Below, one piece after another: positions 56,923 to 64,000 of a DNA stretch of 64,000 nucleotides. Position 1 is the first letter of the stretch; every line of letters begins with the position of its first letter. The DNA is from Eledone cirrhosa (taxonomy: Eukaryota). The stretch covers positions 389,484,001-389,548,000 of the forward strand of contig OZ024740.1 of NCBI GenBank assembly GCA_964016885.1, in the 5' to 3' direction. Under the pieces are notes generated by a model, which was not told the origin of the DNA, did no database searches, and was given only the letters and a program-made list of their open reading frames with translations. Position numbers and translations under genes: made by a program.

Positions 56923-57494
56923 ATATCATTACCTAATAATAAAACCAAAGTGTGTGTGTATAGAGGTGTATGAACAAACAAATGAAAAAAGCAATTATCA
57001 CATAATGTGGAAGTTAAATATATGAACTCTTACTTTTGCATTTCCTTTGGTTTCTTTGATGCACATGTATATGCCAAACTCTTCAGTCATGCAAGGAAAA
57101 AGTGTAGTGTCACAGCACACAGGTTGATAGTGTGAAATTCTTTACCCCCACTACCTCTCTTCTCTACTATCACACTAACTGACTGTATTTCATTCTATTT
57201 TTATCTTATTTACATTTTCTTAAGCGAAAATCCCATTACTGAATCCTACTGCATAGTGAATAGTTGAATTCCACTACTATAAGCTTTCTGATGAAGTGTT
57301 ATAAATAATTAAGTATTGCATATGATTGAACAATATATATTGTAGTCAGCATATGTAGACAATTCATAAAAGACACAGAAATATATAAACATATGTCAAA
57401 GCAAATAAATTCATAATCTCTTCGCGCTGACGTTTTATTTTTCTTGGTGCAATATATACACACACACGTGTGTGTATATGTATGTATGTGTGTG

Positions 57495-60315
57495 TCATCA
57501 TCATCATCATCACCATCATACATCTGCTTTTCCCTGCTTGCAAGGTTGGGACGGGTCTTATTCAGCACAGCATCTCTCCACTTGTCACGGTCCTTCGTCA
57601 TCTCCACCGTGAGCTTCAGCGATCTGAAGTCTGTTCTCACCACTTCCGCCCATGTTTTTCGTGGTCTACCTCTACCACGTCTTCCTTCAACTGGCATTTC
57701 CTGGCACTTCTTCACCCATCGGTCATCCTCCATGCGTATCACATGTCCATACCACCTCAGTCTCCTCTCTTGCACACTACATTCTATCCCTCTCAGACAC
57801 AGTTTCTCTCTCAACACATTCATGCTGGGTCGTTCACGCACATTGACATTGCACATCCAACGGAGCATGCTTGCCTCATTTCTCTCCAGCCATCGCATAT
57901 CCTCTGCAGTTGCTGTCCATGTCTCACTACCATGCAGCATCACGCTCCTCACACAGGCATCATATAACCAGCCTTTCGTACGCAGGGAGAAACCCTTCTT
58001 CGTCAGCAGAGGAAGCAGCTCCCTAAACTTCTTCCAACCCGTCCTTATTCTAGATACTATGGCCTTGGAACACCCCCCTCCCATGCTAATCTGATCTCCT
58101 AGGTACCGGAAGCTATCCACCACTTCTATAGTACCCGCCTGCATTTTAAAAATGTGTCTATCAATGCGACTTCTACTGTCTAATTTCCCTGTAGATCTAC
58201 TGCATAAGTATTTCTCCCTACCTGTTAGTTTTCCTGCTATCCCGCTACATCTCTTGTGTACCCAGGATCTGCATTGTGTGCATTTTATAGAATTTATGCC
58301 AGTTCCTTTTCTGCATATCTAACATGGCCATTTCCCTGATGGAATCAGAGTTTTGTCCTCTTTTCTACTCATCAACACTTTTGTCTTAGCTAGGTTTACT
58401 CTCAGTTCTCTTGCTTCCAACTGCTGTTTCCATAGCCAGAATTTATTCTCTAGCTCCTCTACTGATTCTGCTATAAGAACCAGATCGTCAGCATAGAGAA
58501 GTTCTCATGGACAGCCAGTCTTAAACTCCTCTGTTATGGCTTGGAGGACTATAATGAACAAGAGCGGGCTGAGGACCGAACCTTGATGTACTCCTACTTG
58601 TATCTGGAATTCCTCACTAAACTCCATTCCTACTCTGACTTTACTGACAGTACCTCTGTACAAAGCTTGCACTGTCCTCACAAGCCATTCCTCAACACCT
58701 AGTTTCCTTAGGGACCACCAGATGACAGATTGGGGTACCCTATCAAAAGCCTTCTCTAGGTCCACAAAGGCTAAGTATAGTGGCTTATTTTTCTCTAAGA
58801 ACCTCTCTTGTAATTGTCTCACCAAGAAGAGGGCATCTGTTGTACTCTTCCCAGGGACAAAACCAAACTGCATCTCATCTAGTTTGACCCTTTCTCTAAT
58901 TAGTTGTGCTAATATCCTTTCTGCCACTTTCATAACCTGATCCATCAGTTTTATACCCCTATAATTGCTCCTCTCCAGAGCATCCCCTTTACCTTTGTAG
59001 CAATTTATGAGAATACTGCTGCACCAGTCTTTGGGTATGACACCACCATATATAGCCTGATTAATGATGCGTGCAACCAGATTAGTGCCTACGTCCCCTG
59101 ATGCCTTCAGCATCTCAGCAACTATCCCCGATGGTCCAGCAGCCTTACCATTTTTCATTTCCTTAATCGCCTCTTGGACCCTATATTCGTCAATCTCAAT
59201 AGCTGGTCCCTCTGTCGGATCTACTGAAGCTAATTTCTCTCTCTCCCATTTGTTCTCCACATTCATCAGTCTCTCATAATGACATTTCCAGCCCTCCTTT
59301 TTCTGATCATTCGTGACACTAAGTACACCGGCATCATTCTGGACATTTATCTCCAACAACAACCTGATTTGTATTGACACACTGCCGTGCAATGTGGAAC
59401 ACGACACGCCTCTGATCTTCCTGTCGCAGAACATTGGCAAACCTCCTACTCTCAGCCTCCCTACGTGCTAAGTACACCTGACGTCTAGCTTCTCTCTTAG
59501 CAGCTGTATATCCTTCCCTACTCCCACCCTTTTTACAAGCCTTCCATGCTAGTCTTTTGTCTCTAATGGCCTTATCTACTGTGCTGTTCCATCACCAGGT
59601 CACTCTCTGTCTGGTTGGAGCTCTGCTCTAGCCACAAGTTTTATCAGTAGCCTGCAGTAAGTTGTCACGTAAGAAATTCCAGTTATTATCTATGTCATAT
59701 GTCTCTAAATTGTCTTCTTTTTCGTCATACACATCTTGAAGGGCTTTCCTAAATTTGTATTTTAGTGAAAGGTCTTTTAGCTTCCAGACCTTTCTTCTCC
59801 ACACCTTCCTGTATGTCTCATTCCATCTCTTGCTTACTGAGATATCACTAACGACTAACCTATGCTGTGGGGTACATTCTTCCCCAGGGTATCCCTTGGT
59901 ATTAGACACTATCTGCCTGTCCCGCTGCCTAACTAGTAAGAAGTCAATCTGGCTTATGTGCTTGCCAGATTTGTAGGTTATTAGGTGGTTGGCAGGTTTC
60001 TGGAAGTTAGTGTTGCAAATAGTCAGTGTACTTGCATCACAAAATCAAGAAGTCTCACTCCTTCCTTTCTTGAGCCGTAACCGTGCCCACCATGTACCCC
60101 AGTGTAACCATCCTGGAGCTGTCCAACATGACCATTGAAGTCCCCTGCTAGCATAATGATGTCTCCGTCCTCTATCATTGCGGTTGTTTGTAAAAGTTGC
60201 TCGTAAAAGCAGTCTTTCTCTTCTTTGCCTAGGCCTGCTTGGGGAGCATAGGCAGAGATGATTGTCAGTAGTCTCCTGCCTACAACTAATCTAAGCTTAA
60301 TTCGATTACTAACTC
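57495..60315 (-). mobile_element. RTE-clade LINE, near full-length ORF, frameshifted
   Basis: APE (ISAYAPQ, GDFNGHVG, QHRLVV), RT (YRGIKL, QFGF, FVDLEKAFDRV, GVHQGSVLSPLLF, LYADDL), a Cys/His insertion, and a (GAT)n tail. Confidence 0.95.
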
Positions 60316-60342
60316 AAACTACCTCTATTGTCTTATTGATCC

Positions 60343-60396
<54 letters not shown>

Positions 60397-60957
60397 GTAT
60401 GTATGTAAAAAGTAAACAGAAAAAAAAATAAAAGCAAACAACAAATGAAAAAATATAGTAGTTTAACGCTTGAAATAACAGAAGATAGAATGAAAAATAA
60501 ATGACGATATAGAAAGATAAAAAGTGAGAAGAGGAAGAAATGGGGAAAAAATGAGAAAAAAATAAAAAACACATGTGCATATTATACATGCATGGATTGT
60601 GTGTGAGAGATAATGTTTTCACTATTCTCATCTTGTCAGTCACAACTGATTTAAGTAAAAAGACAAATTATAAAGAAAAAAAATAGAAACAGAAACGAAA
60701 CCATTGTCGAATGTTTGTGATCAAGGGTTCACTTCCACTCTATTTGTTAGCTGTATTCTTAAACTAAACTATTTGATGTCCCAAAAGCTGATTAACCATT
60801 AAACAATTTAAGTATGCCCTAAATGCACCAAGGAAATGAATGTACCACAGAGTGTTTCTCTCAGTGCAAGATATATCATGGTGCAAATGGTAAATTAAAA
60901 CTATTTTTTTCTTTAATAATGAATAATAATTAGCTTATTATTCCTTTTTATAATATG

Positions 60958-61810
60958 TTTGGACTACACCCTTCGCACTACCATCACAAATACTGATGGT
61001 ATAACCATCAAGAGTCGTTTGAGTTGCTGTCATCAATCTATTGTGCTCCCTGATCTTGACTATGCAGATGTCATCACTCTTCTGAAAGATACCATTGTAT
61101 CAGCTCACGACCTCCTCCATCATGTTGAGATTGCCTGCCAAGAGGTGGGTTTGTTCCTCAATGCTTCAAAAACTAAAATCATGCATTTGAGGGCATCCCC
61201 TCTCAGTCAACTACATGCTTCTGATGGTTCACCTGTCGAACTGGTTCAAGAATTTAATTATCTGGGTGGTTACATTGACCCTGAGCATGATATGACCACT
61301 CGAATTAGTCAAGCATGGAGTGCAATAAATTCACTACAAAAAGTCTAGAAAGCTCCCATTCCAAGATCTATGAAATGCAAAGTCTTCAAAGCTATGGTTG
61401 AAACTATTTTACTATATGATTCAGAATCCTGAACTCTCAGTGTCACTTGCTCAAAGAGACTTGGTGGTTCCTACACAAAGATGTTATGTGAGGTGTTCAA
61501 GATTTTGTGGCAAAGTCACACTACCAACAAAGTTCTTTATGGTGACCTGCTATGAGTTTTATCAAAAGTTTGATCTTGTTACTTGGCTCATGCTGTGTGT
61601 TTCCCGCCATGATGAACCTGCTGGGAAACTGCTTCTCTGGTCACCAGATGCAAAGAACTGAGTAGCACATCTAAACATAACCATCAGGACTCTGTTGGTG
61701 AGGGACACTGGCTTCATTGGGCAGGGATCCACTTGCTGCAATGAGAAATCAGGAAGTCTGGAACAAAAACTTTATGCATGCTTCACCTTCAATGGAGAGA
61801 TGACTCAAGA
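60958..61810 (+). mobile_element. Degenerate non-LTR RT 3' fragment (RTE-like)
   Basis: LPDLDYADVI..GLFLNASKTK..VQEFNYLG..RISQAW. Confidence 0.75.
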
Positions 61811-62909
61811 AAAAGAAGCTGCTTATTGATATTTAATAATAAATAGATAAGATTAATAAAAAAAAAAAAAAAAAAAAAAGATTATATTGAATATAGACGT
61901 AAGGTCTGGTTTGGGAAAAAACAGGACTATGAAAGCTATTGCTGAGCTGTGCTTCGGACATCATTAATCCGGCCCTACTTGGGAGTTACATATATTAAAA
62001 GCAAGGAAAATAGTCTAAATATAAATAGCTCAGTAATTAATATCAACAATTTGTTTTTTTCTATATATAAACAATGTGCAATTTGTAATTTAAATAGAAT
62101 ATTGATTTCCACAATGTGACTGAGTAAGCTTTGTATCATAAACCTCTCACATCTATGGTAATGACATCTAAGTTACATATTGTACTGCATTGATTTTGAT
62201 TAATTCAGTACTAGTTGTGGTTGGTATGAGAGAATCATGGATGGTAAAGTTGATATGGCTTGAGACAAGCTAAAAGATTGACTATTCATTTACTAACACT
62301 ATCGCTGAAGGGCCCTCATGAACAATACAGTTCAACTAGCTCGAAGTCGGTATTTAATTATGTCCTTTTAAATTCTCAGTACAAATAGTGCTGTGGTTAC
62401 CTTTGCCTTCAATCTTTCTTGCAGGGGAAAAACTACCAATAGGGCTAGAACAGCAGCCTGGGGCTGAGTACTAGCCATGTGGATTCCTAACATTCAAAAG
62501 TGTCAGTTTGGTTGCAGGGGTTGCCAGAATTCCCTCAGCTAAACAGACATATCTTACTGTATATGGAGCTTCACTCCAATATTTCTGCCAGATTTTTTTA
62601 TCCCTTAACCTTATGTTATCTCCAGAACTCACAAAGCAACGAGGTAGACATTAAGATGTGATCCCACACTAATGGTTTACATTTCACATATATTGTTATC
62701 TTTTGAGGGGGCGATCACCATCGAGTCTTTTGTTGGTTTTGTGTGAAGCTGCAGGGACCCCAGTTACTGTACATCACAACAGGGAGTTATTATCAAAGAA
62801 TTGTTTCTGGAGTGTCTATATACAGTCAGTGGTGGAAGCTGAAAGCGGAAGGGTGGCACACTAAACGCATCACTGCAAACAAGTGACGCACATTCTGGTG
62901 ACAATTACT

Positions 62910-63240
62910 AATCATCATTCATTTCATTTTACGTCCGCTTTTCCCTGCTTGCAAGGGTGGGACGGTAACTGATTCTAGCTTGATTTCTACAGCTGGATGC
63001 CCTTCCTAAGACCAACCTCATTTACAGTGAGTGCTGGATGCTTTTTTTCCATGCTGCCTACACTTCCACTTTACAGTGTGGGCTGGGTGCTTTTTTGCCG
63101 TGGCACCTCCACGACCACTTTGCAGTGGAATGATAAGGACTCCAGTCCTATCATCTCATTTCTACAGCTGAGTAAACTGGAGCAATGTGAAATAAAGTGT
63201 CTTGCTCAAGGAAACAACACATCACCCGGTCTGAGAATTG
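62910..63240 (-). mobile_element. tRNA-head SINE with RTE-derived 3' tail
   Basis: Head matches 32400-32459. Tail cgtcccacccttgcaagcagggaaaagc matches the RTE 3' end at 57524-57553. Confidence 0.78.
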
Positions 63241-63254
63241 ATACTAATAATAAT

Positions 63255-63455
63255 GGTTTCTAAATTAGGTACAAAGCCAGTAATTTGGTGGAAAATGTAT
63301 GCTGATTATATCAACCTCAGTAATTAACTGGTACATTATTTTATCAACCCTGGAAAGATGAAAGGCAAATTTGATCTCATTGGGATTTGAACTCAGAACA
63401 TAAAGATCCAGAATAAATGCCTTAAGACATTTTCCTACCATTCTAACAATTCTGT
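63255..63455 (-). mobile_element. Older tRNA-derived SINE copy
   Basis: Diverged family sequence; similar old copies at 49400-49565 and 51985-52135. Confidence 0.65.
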
Positions 63456-64000
63456 TTTGTTAATTTTTCGTTAATGCCTTAGAGAGGGAGTCAGTATATT
63501 TAATGCCTTAAATATCACTAGAGAGGGAGTTGGTGTATTCAATTCAATTGATCCAGTATAGGAATAGTACTTATTATATCAATACCCAGAAACATATAAT
63601 GTAAAGTGACCCTGACAAGATTTGAACAAAACTAGATAGCATTAGGGATTTTAGTTCAACTTTCTCCTGCTTCTGCAAATCCTCATTTTTTTCTTATAAT
63701 TCCATTCACATATAGGATGTATTATAGGCATATCATATCAACCTTGGAAGGATTTGAACTGTGAGCATCAAGGATTCGTAAATAAATACTGCAAGGCATT
63801 TTGCCCAACCATCTAACAAATTTGCTAAAGTGCTGCTCACAAAACCAACCATTCATCAATTCAGACTAATGTGCTTCTTGTCATATACCACCAACAAATA
63901 GAACAGAGAAAACTTTGAAAATCTTAATCATATATTTTGCCTTGTATTGATTTCTGGATTTTTGTTTCATACTTTGGCTTAAACAGCATCATTTATTTCT

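Noticed and set aside
57036-57094. Possible minus-strand hammerhead (CUGAAGA..GAAA CCAAAGG)
   Set aside because: Lacks the UH cleavage dinucleotide and the stem I register is off by 2 nt; at best a dead copy.
60602-60644. Possible minus-strand hammerhead (tgtga CTGACAA..GAAA..TC tcaca)
   Set aside because: Core G8 is mutated and stems II/III do not pair convincingly.

Overview
AT-rich eukaryotic genomic DNA made almost entirely of repeats. The SINE and LINE complement suggests an octopod cephalopod (inference). No intact host gene is proven; there is only a candidate minus-strand exon pair at 1.4-2.8 kb. Recognisable elements: decayed Penelope-like elements (RT + GIY-YIG), a decayed Helitron, two small non-coding LTR elements with PBS/PPT/TSD, a Gypsy remnant, L1/Tx1, RTE and CRE LINE fragments, more than 10 tRNA-derived SINEs, hAT-type MITEs, and mini/microsatellites. 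The main signal is about 14 type-I hammerhead ribozyme (HHR) motifs found by eye, nearly all in units that abut (TA)n tracts. Three unrelated non-coding 325-430 bp tandem HHR units (retrozyme-like) each carry an octamer ATGCAAAT in the sense orientation 75-86 nt upstream of the ribozyme. A 7.6 kb palindrome (18369-25952) is a 5'-truncated Penelope-like element with a 3.5 kb microsatellite-inflated, HHR-bearing inverted repeat. All structures were read manually, so coordinates may be off by a few bases.
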